A stretch of DNA of 64,000 bases, from contig SKUB01000153.1 of assembly GCA_007122315.1 (NCBI GenBank), positions 7,450 through 71,449 on the forward strand, given 5' to 3'. This stretch comes from Pseudomonadales bacterium (lineage in GTDB: Bacteria > Pseudomonadota > Gammaproteobacteria > Pseudomonadales > Azotimanducaceae). Shown here piece by piece: positions 8,612 to 17,858 of the stretch. Each line of letters opens with the position of its first letter. Position 1 is the first letter of the stretch. The notes beneath the pieces are model-generated. The model had not been told where the DNA came from and did no database searches. It saw only the letters and a list, made by a program, of their open reading frames with translations. The position numbers were made by a program, and so were the translations under genes.

Positions 8612-10843
8612 TCAGAGGCTGTCGATCCACGCTCCGATCAACTCGACGCCGGAGGTATCGACGCGATTGCTGGCCAGAGGCGGCATGCGGGTCGTATCGA
8701 GGCGCCGCATGCGTTCCCACAGGACGCTGGACTCCCGTGCTCCTGGAGCAATGATTCGGGCTGCCTCCAGGCCCAGGGTGCCGCCCTGTGGCGGCACGTC
8801 GACGGCCGCCATGGCTTCTACAGCGGTATCGAAGCGGAGATCGAGCGCAACATTGGTCCCACCGTCCGGACGATGGCAGGGCGCACAGTTCACCTCCAGG
8901 TAGGCCCGAGCCCGCAGCGCGAGCGGCTCAGCATCGTCATCGGGATCCGGGTAGACGGCGTACTGCTCGACTTCACCGACATCCGAGTCGAACAGCCCGA
9001 TGTGATCGTAGCTGCGGAGCTGGTTGTCGGTGGCCAGCGGGAAAGGAAAGTCCAGATTCAGCTGGCGGGTCTCCAGCCCGAGCGCAGACCCGGCTGCAGC
9101 CACGTGGCAGCCCAGGCAGTCGGTCCGGCTGGGAAACACGTAGTCGAACGTCAAGCCGCTGACGACGAGCGGCTGCTGCTCGCGCCCGGCCAGGAGCGTG
9201 GCGTCCTGTCCATCCGCATCCCAGCGATACGTGAAGCCCTGCCAGCCTTCGGGCCGATGCAGCAGCAGGCGTGTTTCCAGACGCCGGTCGCCTGCAGCGC
9301 CGTCATCGAGGCTGATTTCGAAGTGCTTCACGAGGACGCTGCCGACCGGCAGTTGCCAGGGTGCGGTGGGGTCGAAGCCGATGGTTGCCGCGTCCGGCAG
9401 GCCGAACCAGCGCCGCTTGCTGCTGCCGTCGGACCAGAATGGCAGCGCGAGGCCGTACTCGATGAAACCGGCCGCCGCCGTCAGCGTGCTGAGGTCGGTG
9501 AAGATCCCCGTTGCCGACAGTTTCTCCGCAACCGGGCCGCCAGCACCGGGATCGGCCAGCTCGAAGCCGTGCAGCGTGCCGTTCAACGACACGACGAACA
9601 GTTCACCCTGCCCATCCTCGCCAAAGGAGGCCAATGAGGGCACGGCGCCGAGATGCTCGATGTCGATGTCGATGTCGTTGCCCGAGCGCCGCAGCGCCCA
9701 CACGTCGCCCGTGACGAAATCGCCGAAAACGTAGGCGCCTGTCAGCGCGGGCAGCTGCGAACCACGGTACACGTAGCCGCCGGTGATGGAGCGGCCGACG
9801 CTGTGAGGATACTCGTAGATGGGATCCTCGAAGGTGGCGCCCGGGGGCGTATTGGCCGAGTCTGCGAACGGTTCGGTCCCTTCGAAGACCCGCCAGCCGT
9901 AGTTGCCGCCGGGGACAATGATGTTGACCTCTTCGATGGCATTCTGGCCCACATCGGCGAGCCAGAGCTCCCCGTTGTCGCGATCGAAGGAGAACCGCCA
10001 TGGGTTGCGCAGCCCGTAGGCCCAGATCTCCGGACGCGCGCCGCTGACGCCCGCGAACGGGTTGTCGGGCGGGATGGCGTAAGGCGCATCCGGGTCGGTG
10101 GGGCGGACGTCGATGCGCAGCAGGCTTCCGAGCAGCGTCCCGAGATTCTGGCCGTGGTCCAGCGGGTCGCCACCGCTGCCGCCGTCCCCGAGGGCGATGT
10201 AGAGGTGATCGTCCGGGCCGAAGGCGAGCATGCCGCCGTTGTGATTCGAAAAGGGTTGTTCCACTTCCAGCAGGATCTTCTCGCTGTTGGGATCGACACT
10301 GTCGCTGGACGCATTCCAGGTGAAGCGCGCGATCACCGATCGCCGCGGGCCGGAGCCCAGGGAGTAGTGCACATAGAAGTAACGATTCGTGGTGAAAGCG
10401 GGGTCGAAGGCGAGACCGAGCAGGCCCTGCTCGCTGGCGGTGGCCACTCGGGCGCTCAGATCCAGGATCACCTGGGAAGTCGTCGTCTCCGCGGCCGGCT
10501 CGAACGCCCGCATGCGGCCGCGTTTCTCGAGGACGGCCAGACGCGTGTCTCCCGGTATGGCGGTGAGGAACAGGGGCTGGGTGAAGCCGAGGCCGGAGAA
10601 GGCACGGACGACCTGGATGTTGCCGGTGCTGTCATCGGTGGCTCCCGGTAGGACCAGCGTGGCCAGCGGTTCCCGCTCTGTGAGGCCGAATGGAGGCGAA
10701 TCGGGGTCCGGCGTCGCAGGCGGCGGCATGCCGACCGCCCCGTCGCCCCCACTGCCGCCGCAGCCGTTCAGCAGCAGGGCGACGCCGAGGCCGAGGACGA
10801 GGCCGAGGCCAAGCATGAGTCCGATCCGCATGCTGGTCGTCAT
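8612..10843 (-). CDS. lipoprotein: PQQ-dependent sugar dehydrogenase-like beta-propeller fused to di-heme c-type cytochrome domain
   Basis: GGAG lies 9 nt upstream of ATG 10843. The lipobox is LLLNGC. The sGDH-family motifs are QGLLGLAFDP, FSNHNGGML, YIALGDGG, YGLRNPWRFSFD and NYGWRVFEG. The C-terminal ~300 aa carry CLGCH (9104-9118) and CAPCH (8873-8887). Confidence 0.8.
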   Translation of the reverse strand: MTTSMRIGLMLGLGLVLGLGVALLLNGCGGSGGDGAVGMPPPATPDPDSPPFGLTEREPLATLVLPGATDDSTGNIQVVRAFSGLGFTQPLFLTAIPGDTRLAVLEKRGRMRAFEPAAETTTSQVILDLSARVATASEQGLLGLAFDPAFTTNRYFYVHYSLGSGPRRSVIARFTWNASSDSVDPNSEKILLEVEQPFSNHNGGMLAFGPDDHLYIALGDGGSGGDPLDHGQNLGTLLGSLLRIDVRPTDPDAPYAIPPDNPFAGVSGARPEIWAYGLRNPWRFSFDRDNGELWLADVGQNAIEEVNIIVPGGNYGWRVFEGTEPFADSANTPPGATFEDPIYEYPHSVGRSITGGYVYRGSQLPALTGAYVFGDFVTGDVWALRRSGNDIDIDIEHLGAVPSLASFGEDGQGELFVVSLNGTLHGFELADPGAGGPVAEKLSATGIFTDLSTLTAAAGFIEYGLALPFWSDGSSKRRWFGLPDAATIGFDPTAPWQLPVGSVLVKHFEISLDDGAAGDRRLETRLLLHRPEGWQGFTYRWDADGQDATLLAGREQQPLVVSGLTFDYVFPSRTDCLGCHVAAAGSALGLETRQLNLDFPFPLATDNQLRSYDHIGLFDSDVGEVEQYAVYPDPDDDAEPLALRARAYLEVNCAPCHRPDGGTNVALDLRFDTAVEAMAAVDVPPQGGTLGLEAARIIAPGARESSVLWERMRRLDTTRMPPLASNRVDTSGVELIGAWIDSL

Positions 10844-10927
10844 GCCTTTGCTCCGGACGCAGAAGAACCGGATGAGCGCAGCGCTGATCAGAGCCTAGCC
10901 TGATTCCCACCCGGCCACACGTGATGG

Positions 10928-11692
10928 TCATCCCAGCGGGAGCAGCTCCACGATACCGGCCACCATGCAGGCGGCACCCAGGGCCAGAATGATCTGGCTG
11001 CTTATGCGCCGGAACAGCGCCTCGTCGAGCCGATCCAGGATGCGGGTGCCGATGCGGGTGCCGATGATCGCCACCGGGATCACCAGCAAGAACAGCCAGG
11101 ACGGTGCCTCGCCATTGTCGAACACCGGCTCCCCGGCTGCGATCAGCAGGCCGCCGTAGTAGCCGAGCTTGGTGAGATGGCCGACGGTCTGCGTCATGGC
11201 CTTGGTGGCGACGATCTGGTGCCGGTCCAGCCGTGAGCGCTGGTAGAAGAGATCGAGCAGGGGGCCGGATACGCCCGCCAGCAGCTGCGCAGCCGTGACC
11301 CAGAGTCCGCAGCCGAACGCCATCGCCGGTCGCTCCACGTCGAATGCCACTCTCGTTGGCAGCAGCAGGGCCAGCCAGGGCATGACACCGATCAGGAGCA
11401 GGACCAGGCCGCGGTCGGGTACGAAGCGGAAGACGGCGAACACCGCCACGCACACGCCGCTGCCGAGCAGGTGCGGCAGCAGCACGGGCCAGCGAATGTG
11501 CCGGCGCAGAAACCAGGCACGGGAGCCGTTCGCGCCGGCCTGGGTCACGCCCAGGAGCATCATCGCCACCGGTACGCTGTAGACCACCACCAGCATCGCC
11601 ATCAGGATCATGCCGCCCGCCATCCCGACGATTCCCGAGAGCAGGCTGGTGAGCAGGACGGCAAGCAGCACGAGCAGCGGCAGCGCGGTCAT
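10928..11692 (-). CDS. TauE/SafE family sulfite-exporter-like membrane protein
   Basis: A polytopic hydrophobic protein. LLTSLLSGIVGMAGGMILM and AQLLAGVSGPLLDLFY fit the TauE/SafE (DUF81) family. ATG 11692 (MTALPLLVLL) is preferred over the listed upstream start. Confidence 0.75.
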   Translation of the reverse strand: MTALPLLVLLAVLLTSLLSGIVGMAGGMILMAMLVVVYSVPVAMMLLGVTQAGANGSRAWFLRRHIRWPVLLPHLLGSGVCVAVFAVFRFVPDRGLVLLLIGVMPWLALLLPTRVAFDVERPAMAFGCGLWVTAAQLLAGVSGPLLDLFYQRSRLDRHQIVATKAMTQTVGHLTKLGYYGGLLIAAGEPVFDNGEAPSWLFLLVIPVAIIGTRIGTRILDRLDEALFRRISSQIILALGAACMVAGIVELLPLG

Positions 11693-11743
11693 CGAGTACC
11701 TCTTGGAGCGTCGCCGGCGATGCCGGCCAGAACGACCGGCGCA

Positions 11744-11753
11744 TTCTGCAGAA
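11744..11753. promoter_or_regulatory. 10-bp perfect palindrome TTCTGCAGAA in the divergent TauE/LysR intergenic region
   Basis: Seen directly. It lies between divergent starts 11692 (-) and 11823 (+). It is a possible LysR-type binding site, but the T-N11-A fit was not established. Confidence 0.2.
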
Positions 11754-11822
11754 AGGCGTGACGTGAAAAAAGCGACATGATGGAATAGCATCTAGTCCTA
11801 AATCGAATTGTTGGGCCCAGCC

Positions 11823-12698
11823 ATGGTCGAGAATCTGGAAACGCTCATCACCCTGTCCCGTACGGGAACGATGCTCGAGACGGCCACGGTGCTGAAGATC
11901 TCCCAGTCGGCTGTGAGCAAGCGCATCACGGCGCTGGAGCGCCACTACGATCGGCCGCTGGTGGAGCGCTACGGGCGGCGAGTGGTGCTGACCGCGGACG
12001 GGACGCGCCTGGTGGAACGCGTCACGCCGCTGGTGGCGGAGCTGCGCAGCGTGTTCCTCGAGGCGCCCGCGCTGCAGCGCGGTAAGGTCATCCTGGGCGT
12101 GTCCGAGGCGATTCTCGCGTCCTGGGCACCGGCGCTGTTCGCACGGGTGCGCCATGCGTTGCCGGAACTGGAGTTCGAATTCCACGCCCAGCGCTCGCCG
12201 GTGGTGCTGGACCGGATCCGGTCCGGTGAATACATGGTCGGACTGTGCACGGGTTCGGCGGAGGCCGATACGGACCTCGTTTCGGAGGTGCTGCGGCTGG
12301 AGCCGATGGTGATCGTCCCCTCGGCGCTGGGTCGCTGTGAGTACCCTGCGGCGGGTGAGCTGCCGGTGATCACCATCGAATCCCGCTCTGGCGCCTGGGC
12401 GTCCATCGAGGACGACATGCGGCGACTCGGCATCCGGCGGGAGACCTCCCTGGAATCCTTCTTTGCGGCAGCGCAGATGGCGCTTGCCGGATTTGGTCAC
12501 GGTCTGGTGCCACGCGGCGTGGCGCGTACCCTTGGCGTACCGCCAGAGAAGTGCATCGACATGGGTCGTCGCGGCCTCAACCGTCCGGTACGCTTCGTGG
12601 CGCGCAAGTCCATGTTCTCGCGCCCCTTGATCCAGAGCTTCTACCGTTGCATGCAGGAGCAGGCCAGGGCGCTTTTCGAGGCGGAAAACGATGCCTGA
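11823..12698 (+). CDS. LysR family transcriptional regulator
   Basis: N-terminal HTH LETLITLSRTGTMLETATVLKISQSAVSKRITALE plus a LysR substrate-binding-type C-terminus. ATG 11823 is preferred over TTG 11808. Confidence 0.85.
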   Translation: MVENLETLITLSRTGTMLETATVLKISQSAVSKRITALERHYDRPLVERYGRRVVLTADGTRLVERVTPLVAELRSVFLEAPALQRGKVILGVSEAILASWAPALFARVRHALPELEFEFHAQRSPVVLDRIRSGEYMVGLCTGSAEADTDLVSEVLRLEPMVIVPSALGRCEYPAAGELPVITIESRSGAWASIEDDMRRLGIRRETSLESFFAAAQMALAGFGHGLVPRGVARTLGVPPEKCIDMGRRGLNRPVRFVARKSMFSRPLIQSFYRCMQEQARALFEAENDA

Positions 12699-13626
12699 GC
12701 TCATCCTCCATCACTACCAGGGCTCCCTGTTCTCGGAAAAAATCCGGGCTATCTTCGGCTTCAAGGGTGTCACCTGGCACAGCGTCGAGATCTCGCCGAT
12801 CATGCCCCGCCCTCTGCTGATGCCTATGACCGGTGGTTATCGGAGAACGCCTGTTCTGCAGGTCGGTGCCGACATCTTTTGTGATACCCACGTCATCACG
12901 GAGTACCTGGAGGACGCCCACCCGCAACCGCCTCTGCATCCTGATGCGCTGGGCTGGGCGGTGCGTGCGCTGGCGGCCCAGGCGGATACACACCTGTTCC
13001 GCGTTGTGGTGGCGCTGTGCTTCCAGCCCAAGGCTGCAGCAGCCACCCTCGGGACCCTCGGTGAGGAATTGGCCAACAAGTTCGCGGCCGATCGCGCCGA
13101 ACTGGTGAAGGGCACGCAGGGTCTCGCGACTCTGCCGCCGGACGTGGCGGAGGTTGAGTTCGCCGATGAGCTCGGGCGCCTGGAGGCGCAGCTCGCCGTC
13201 ACCCGCTGGGCGGTGGGTGGCGTACCCTCCCTGGCCGACTTCGCCGTCTACCACTGTCTGTGGCTGGTGCAGCACAATCCGGTGGTGAAGGACCTGCTGC
13301 TGCCGTTCGCGCGCGTCCGTGAATGGATGCAGCGCATGGCCGGATTCGGCCACGGCGTACGAAGGGAGCTGGCGGCGGAGGATGCGCTGGCCATGGCACG
13401 GGATGCGGAACCCATGCCGCTTCAGGTCCAGTCGGGGCACCTGCCGGAAGGCGTACGGCCAGGCGCTGCCGTCACGGTCACACCCACGGATTACGGACTC
13501 ATCCCCGTGGCCGGCGCGCTGGACTATTGCACGGCTCACGCCTGCGCAGTCCTGCGGGACGACCCGGAAGCGGGCCGGGTTCGGGTGCACTTCCCCCGCA
13601 CCGGGTTCCGTATCGATCCGGCCTGA
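12691..13626 (+). CDS. glutathione S-transferase-like protein with ~100 aa C-terminal extension
   Basis: GST N-terminal thioredoxin-like signature (LHHYQGSLFSEKIRAIFGFKGV...TGGYRRTPVLQVGADIFCDTHVITEYL). The start overlaps the LysR stop by 8 nt (ATGCCTGA). Confidence 0.65.
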   Translation: MPELILHHYQGSLFSEKIRAIFGFKGVTWHSVEISPIMPRPLLMPMTGGYRRTPVLQVGADIFCDTHVITEYLEDAHPQPPLHPDALGWAVRALAAQADTHLFRVVVALCFQPKAAAATLGTLGEELANKFAADRAELVKGTQGLATLPPDVAEVEFADELGRLEAQLAVTRWAVGGVPSLADFAVYHCLWLVQHNPVVKDLLLPFARVREWMQRMAGFGHGVRRELAAEDALAMARDAEPMPLQVQSGHLPEGVRPGAAVTVTPTDYGLIPVAGALDYCTAHACAVLRDDPEAGRVRVHFPRTGFRIDPA

Positions 13627-13652
13627 CGTTCTGGCGTTACCGTCGCTCGGGT

Positions 13653-15158
13653 TCAGTCAGCGGTCGGCGCAGCGCCGCTGGTCAGAACACGGTCCCACAT
13701 CGCGCCCTCTTCTGCGCGCGGATCTGATTCGACGCGGGCTTCGCGATCGGCGATCCAGGCCAGCTGCTGCAAGCGGTCCCAGGGGTGCCAGTCGCTGACG
13801 GCGCTGCGAGGATCACCGTGTCTCGCGAATGCCGCCCAGGCGTCCATCATGCGTTCCGAAAGTGCCCAGGCCTCGGCATCCGTGCCGGCGAAGCGGCTCA
13901 TGCCGGGTGCGTCCAGCGTCCCGAACACGAACGGAATCTCCAGCGCATGGCAGGCGCCGAGACGACCGCGCAGGGCCGGTGAGGGCCACGTGAACAGATA
14001 ATTCCAGGACCGCGCCGAGGCGGCCTCGCGGCGGGCAGCGAGGGCGAGCAGCGGGCGCCGGTAGTGCAGCTCCGTTTCCGCGGCCGCCAGGCACTCCAGC
14101 GTGGTGTATCCGGGGTGCTGGTCGGCATAGCCGTCGAGCAGGGTTGCGGCGGCCCTGCGTGCTGCCGGCGTGGGCATGGGCAGGGCGCGACTCAGCCTGG
14201 CCACGGCGTCATCCCGTTCCATGTTGCGGCGCATGGCCAGAAACAGACGCTGCTCGTCGCCATTGCTGCCGAGCATGAGCGGCCGACCCTGATTCGCGGC
14301 ACGGTCCTGGGCCTGCTGGCCGTCCACCTCGATCAGCTGTCCGTCCAGCAGGGGGCGGAAGGCGCCACGTCCGGTGGCGGCGCGTATCTGCGCTTCCACG
14401 GACTGCTGCGCAGCCAGCAGATGTTCCGTACTCAGGCTGCGCCAGACCTCGGGATCATCGCTGCCCACTTCGGCTGCAAAGGTCCTGCGGGTGAGCTCGG
14501 CCGCGTCGGCATCCGCGATCCAGCTCGCGGCGCCGGACTGGACGATCCCGGCGTGGAACAGCTGGTCCGCGGCGGGCATGCCCATCAGCGTCAGCAGGCA
14601 CATGGCGCCCGCGGACTCGCCGAACAGGGTGACGCGGTGGGGATCGCCGCCGAAGGCCTCGATGTTGCGCTGGATCCAGTTCAGCGCCGCGAGCTGATCG
14701 CGCATGCCGAGATTGCTGCTGGCGCCGGTGTGCAGGAACCCCAGTGCTCCGAGTCGATAGTCGAACGTGACCAGCACCACGTCGCCGCGCGCCACGAGGC
14801 GCTCGCCTGCGTGGATGGGGTCTGCCGCGGCACCGTTCACGAACCCGCCGCCGTAGATCCACACCATCACGGGACGGCTGCCGGCGCGATCGGGAGTCAC
14901 CACATTGACGTGCAGGCAATCCTCGCTGGTGTGACCCACCGGGCGCGAACCCAGAGTCGGCCCGGGCCGCTGCAGAGGGCCGGGTGGCGCGTGTTGTGCC
15001 AGGCGTGTTCCCGACCAGGGCGCCACAGGCTCCGGCGCGCGGAAGCGCAGGGCGCCGACGGGCGGTGCAGCATAGGGAATCCCGTCGAAGCGGAGCACGC
15101 CATCGCGGCGGTGGCCCCGCAGGCGGCCACTGTCGATCTCGACTTCCGCAGCGGTCAC
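13653..15158 (-). CDS. carboxylesterase type B (para-nitrobenzyl esterase-like)
   Basis: FDGIPYAAPPVGALRF, VMVWIYGGGFVNG, and the nucleophile elbow FGESAGA. GTG 15158 overlaps the hemH stop (GTGA). The listed ORF upstream of 15158 overlaps hemH out of frame. Confidence 0.85.
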   Translation of the reverse strand: MTAAEVEIDSGRLRGHRRDGVLRFDGIPYAAPPVGALRFRAPEPVAPWSGTRLAQHAPPGPLQRPGPTLGSRPVGHTSEDCLHVNVVTPDRAGSRPVMVWIYGGGFVNGAAADPIHAGERLVARGDVVLVTFDYRLGALGFLHTGASSNLGMRDQLAALNWIQRNIEAFGGDPHRVTLFGESAGAMCLLTLMGMPAADQLFHAGIVQSGAASWIADADAAELTRRTFAAEVGSDDPEVWRSLSTEHLLAAQQSVEAQIRAATGRGAFRPLLDGQLIEVDGQQAQDRAANQGRPLMLGSNGDEQRLFLAMRRNMERDDAVARLSRALPMPTPAARRAAATLLDGYADQHPGYTTLECLAAAETELHYRRPLLALAARREAASARSWNYLFTWPSPALRGRLGACHALEIPFVFGTLDAPGMSRFAGTDAEAWALSERMMDAWAAFARHGDPRSAVSDWHPWDRLQQLAWIADREARVESDPRAEEGAMWDRVLTSGAAPTAD

Positions 15159-16192
15159 GAAGCGTTGACGGCCTTGGCCAGCGCGGGACGCTCGCGCAGC
15201 ATCTCCGCCAGTGCGGTCACCCAGCCCGGGCGTGCGTTGAGGCAGGGAATCAGGGTGAAACGCTCCCCGCCGGCTTCCAGGAAGGTCTCCCGCCCCTGCA
15301 TCCCGATTTCCTCCAGGGTCTCGAGGTTGTCGGCGACGAAGGCGGGGCACATGACGGCGAGCTTGCGGACGCCACGATCGGGCAGGGCAGCAAGCACCTG
15401 ATCCGTGTACGGCTCCAGCCACTTCGCTCTGCCCAGGCGTGACTGGAACGACACTTCCCAGCGCTCGTCGGGCAGGCCCAGAGCGGCGGCCACCCGCTCT
15501 GCCGTCACCATGACCTGATGGCGATAGCAGAAGTCGTGGGCGGGCGACGGCACTTGGCAGCAATCCGGGCGCGTCAGGCAGTGGCGCCCGGTAGGGTCGC
15601 TCTTGCGCAGGTGCCACTCAGGCAGGCCATGGTAGCTGAACAGGAGATGGTCATCGGGCTGCAGGTGCTCGCGCGCGAGGACGGCCAATTCCGCGATGTA
15701 GTCCGGCTGCTGATAGAACACCGGCATGGGCTCCAGCGTGAGATCGAGCTTGCGTGCTTCGATCGCGCGCTGTGCCTCTACGATCGAGGTTTCCGTCGTC
15801 GACATGGCCCAGTGGGGATAGAGCGGCAGGAAGCGCACATGCCGCACACCGGCGTCAGCGAGGGCCACCAGCTGATCCTCGATGGATGGGCTGCCGTAGC
15901 GCATCGCCCAGCGGACCGGCTCACCCAGCGAGGCCTCCAGGGCCTCCGCGAGCGCCTCGGTGTAGACCTTCAGCGGTGAGCCCTCGTCCATCCAGATGCT
16001 GGAGTAGGCTTCACTGGTGGCGCGGGGACGGCGCGGAAGAATGAAGGCCGAGACGATGAAGCGGCGCAACGGCCACGGCAGATCCACCACCCGTGGATCC
16101 ATCAGGAACTGATCCAGGTAGCGACGGACATCGGGAACCGCGGGCGAGTCCGGGGAGCCGAGATTGACGATCAGTGCCGCACGATCCGGCAT
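15155..16192 (-). CDS. hemH: ferrochelatase
   Basis: ALIVNLGSPDSP..VRRYLDQFLMDPRVVD, SSIW, LLFSYHGLP and the CPAFVADNLETLEEI region are typical of HemH. Confidence 0.9.
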   Translation of the reverse strand: MPDRAALIVNLGSPDSPAVPDVRRYLDQFLMDPRVVDLPWPLRRFIVSAFILPRRPRATSEAYSSIWMDEGSPLKVYTEALAEALEASLGEPVRWAMRYGSPSIEDQLVALADAGVRHVRFLPLYPHWAMSTTETSIVEAQRAIEARKLDLTLEPMPVFYQQPDYIAELAVLAREHLQPDDHLLFSYHGLPEWHLRKSDPTGRHCLTRPDCCQVPSPAHDFCYRHQVMVTAERVAAALGLPDERWEVSFQSRLGRAKWLEPYTDQVLAALPDRGVRKLAVMCPAFVADNLETLEEIGMQGRETFLEAGGERFTLIPCLNARPGWVTALAEMLRERPALAKAVNAS

Positions 16193-16229
16193 GAGTAGGG
16201 GATCCCTGTGGATGACACCCGTGAGGGTT

Positions 16230-16244
16230 GCGGATAGTATCCGC
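16230..16244. promoter_or_regulatory. 15-bp perfect palindrome GCGGATAgTATCCGC between divergent hemH and hisH
   Basis: Seen directly: 7-bp arms with one central nt. It lies 12 nt upstream of the hisH ATG and ~38 nt upstream of the hemH start on the other strand. Confidence 0.25.
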
Positions 16245-16255
16245 GTCCTTCCGCA

Positions 16256-16930
16256 ATGTCACATGGACCAGCGAGGCGCGTCTTGGCCCGCAGCGTGATC
16301 GTAGACTATGACGCCGGCAACCTGCGCAGCGTGCAACGGGCCTGCCGGGAGGTTGGGCTCGATGCTGTCATCTCCTCGGACCCTCAGGTGGTGGCCCGCG
16401 CCGAGCGGGTGATTTTCCCCGGGGTGGGTCAGGCAGGCAGCGCCATGGTCACGCTGCGTCGGACCGGTCTAGATGTGGCGCTGCGGCATGCCATCGATGC
16501 AGGCACCCCGATGCTCGGCATCTGCCTGGGACTGCAGATCTCCCTGGAGCGCTCGGAGGAGGGTGACACGGCCTGCCTCGGCCTGATGCCAGGGCGGGTG
16601 CGACGCTTCGCGCTCGATGACCCGCGGCTCAAGGTGCCCCACATGGGCTGGAACGAGGTCCGCGTCGTGCAGCCGCACCCGGTGCTCGACGGCATCGAAG
16701 CCGGCGACGAATTCTATTTCGTGCACGCCTATTATCCGGATCCCGCGACCACCGCCGCTGTTCTGGCCGTGGCGGATTACGAGCGCGAGTTCTGCTGCGC
16801 CCTCGGCCTGGGCAACTATGTCGGCGTGCAGTTTCACACCGAGAAGAGCGGTCGCGTCGGCCTTGATCTGATCGCGCGTTTCGCCGCTTGGGACGGACGC
16901 TTCCAGCCGCCGCAGGAGACAGCATGCTGA
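16256..16930 (+). CDS. hisH: imidazole glycerol phosphate synthase, glutamine amidotransferase subunit
   Basis: [26 protein letters not shown] (catalytic Cys), [17 protein letters not shown] and FHTEKSG. The start is uncertain; GTG 16295 would give a more typical N-terminus. Confidence 0.85.
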   Translation: MSHGPARRVLARSVIVDYDAGNLRSVQRACREVGLDAVISSDPQVVARAERVIFPGVGQAGSAMVTLRRTGLDVALRHAIDAGTPMLGICLGLQISLERSEEGDTACLGLMPGRVRRFALDDPRLKVPHMGWNEVRVVQPHPVLDGIEAGDEFYFVHAYYPDPATTAAVLAVADYEREFCCALGLGNYVGVQFHTEKSGRVGLDLIARFAAWDGRFQPPQETAC

Positions 16931-17703
16931 GCAAGCGACTCATTGCCTGCCTCGATGTCCGCGAGGGCAAGCTCGCCAAGAGCGTGCGTTTCGTGGATAC
17001 CCAGGACATCGGTGATCCGGTGGAGAAGGCCCGGGAGTACTATGCGGACGGACTCGACGAACTCGTGTTCTACGACATCACTGCGTCCAGCGACAAACGG
17101 CGCATTCTGCTGGAGTTTGTCGAAGCCGTGGCCGCGGAGGTGTTCATTCCGCTGTCCGTAGGCGGCGGCGTGCGCTCGGTGTCCGATGCCACGGACCTGC
17201 GGCTGGCTGGTGCGGAGAAAATCAATGTCAACTCGGCAGCGGTACAGCGTCCTGATCTCATCAGCGAATGCGCTCATGCCATCGGGGCCCAGAACGTGGT
17301 GCTGTCCATGGACGTGTTGCGGGTGCCCGTGAGCGACGCCACGCCCTCTGGGTACGAGATCGTGATCAACGGCGGACGCACCCGCATGGGGGTCGATGCC
17401 CTGGCCTGGGCGCAGCGCGGCGAGGAACTCGGGGCCGGTGAACTGGTGGTCAATTCCATCGACGCGGATGGTACCCGGGAGGGTTACGAACTGAACCTGA
17501 CCAGACTGATCGCCGACGCAGTGCGCATTCCAGTCATTGCCTCGGGCGGCGCCGGCGTGCCTGAGCATCTGCACGCAGTGCTGACCGAGGGTCATGCGGA
17601 TGCGGCACTGGTCGCGTCCATGGTTCATTTCGGGGACTACACCTGCTCCGGACTCAAGCGTTATCTCCATGCCCAGGGCGTGAAGATGCGCATGCGCTGG
17701 TGA
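16924..17703 (+). CDS. hisF: imidazole glycerol phosphate synthase, cyclase subunit
   Basis: Collinear with E. coli HisF from memory ([54 protein letters not shown]). ATG 16924 overlaps the hisH stop (ATGCTGA). Confidence 0.9.
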   Translation: MLSKRLIACLDVREGKLAKSVRFVDTQDIGDPVEKAREYYADGLDELVFYDITASSDKRRILLEFVEAVAAEVFIPLSVGGGVRSVSDATDLRLAGAEKINVNSAAVQRPDLISECAHAIGAQNVVLSMDVLRVPVSDATPSGYEIVINGGRTRMGVDALAWAQRGEELGAGELVVNSIDADGTREGYELNLTRLIADAVRIPVIASGGAGVPEHLHAVLTEGHADAALVASMVHFGDYTCSGLKRYLHAQGVKMRMRW

Positions 17704-17858
17704 CAGCGACGGGTCACAGCCCATAGACGGCAGCGTCGCTTTGCGAGCGACCGTTCGTCCCTGAACTGCCACCGTTCAGCCTCCTTGCTTCCCTGTCACG
17801 GCGGGGTGCCCATCCCTTTTCTAAGCTTCCAGGAGAAGCCTGGGGAAGGATCTGGATC

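Noticed and set aside
6910-8754. A 614-aa plus-strand ORF, and the 10632..12704 minus-strand 690-aa ORF.
   Set aside because: They are antisense or out of frame to well-supported genes (the Trx/heme/Cu protein; TauE and LysR). They span intergenic regions and gene boundaries, and they have low-complexity composition.
9658-9675. The tandem repeat (GATGTC)x3.
   Set aside because: It lies inside the PQQ-type gene and simply encodes DIDIDI on the minus strand. It has too few units to call a functional repeat.
17826-17850. An imperfect hairpin CTTCCAGG-agaag-CCTGGGGAAG upstream of the sensor kinase.
   Set aside because: It is a bulged, short stem that overlaps the likely ribosome-binding site. 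It is not distinguishable from chance in GC-rich DNA.
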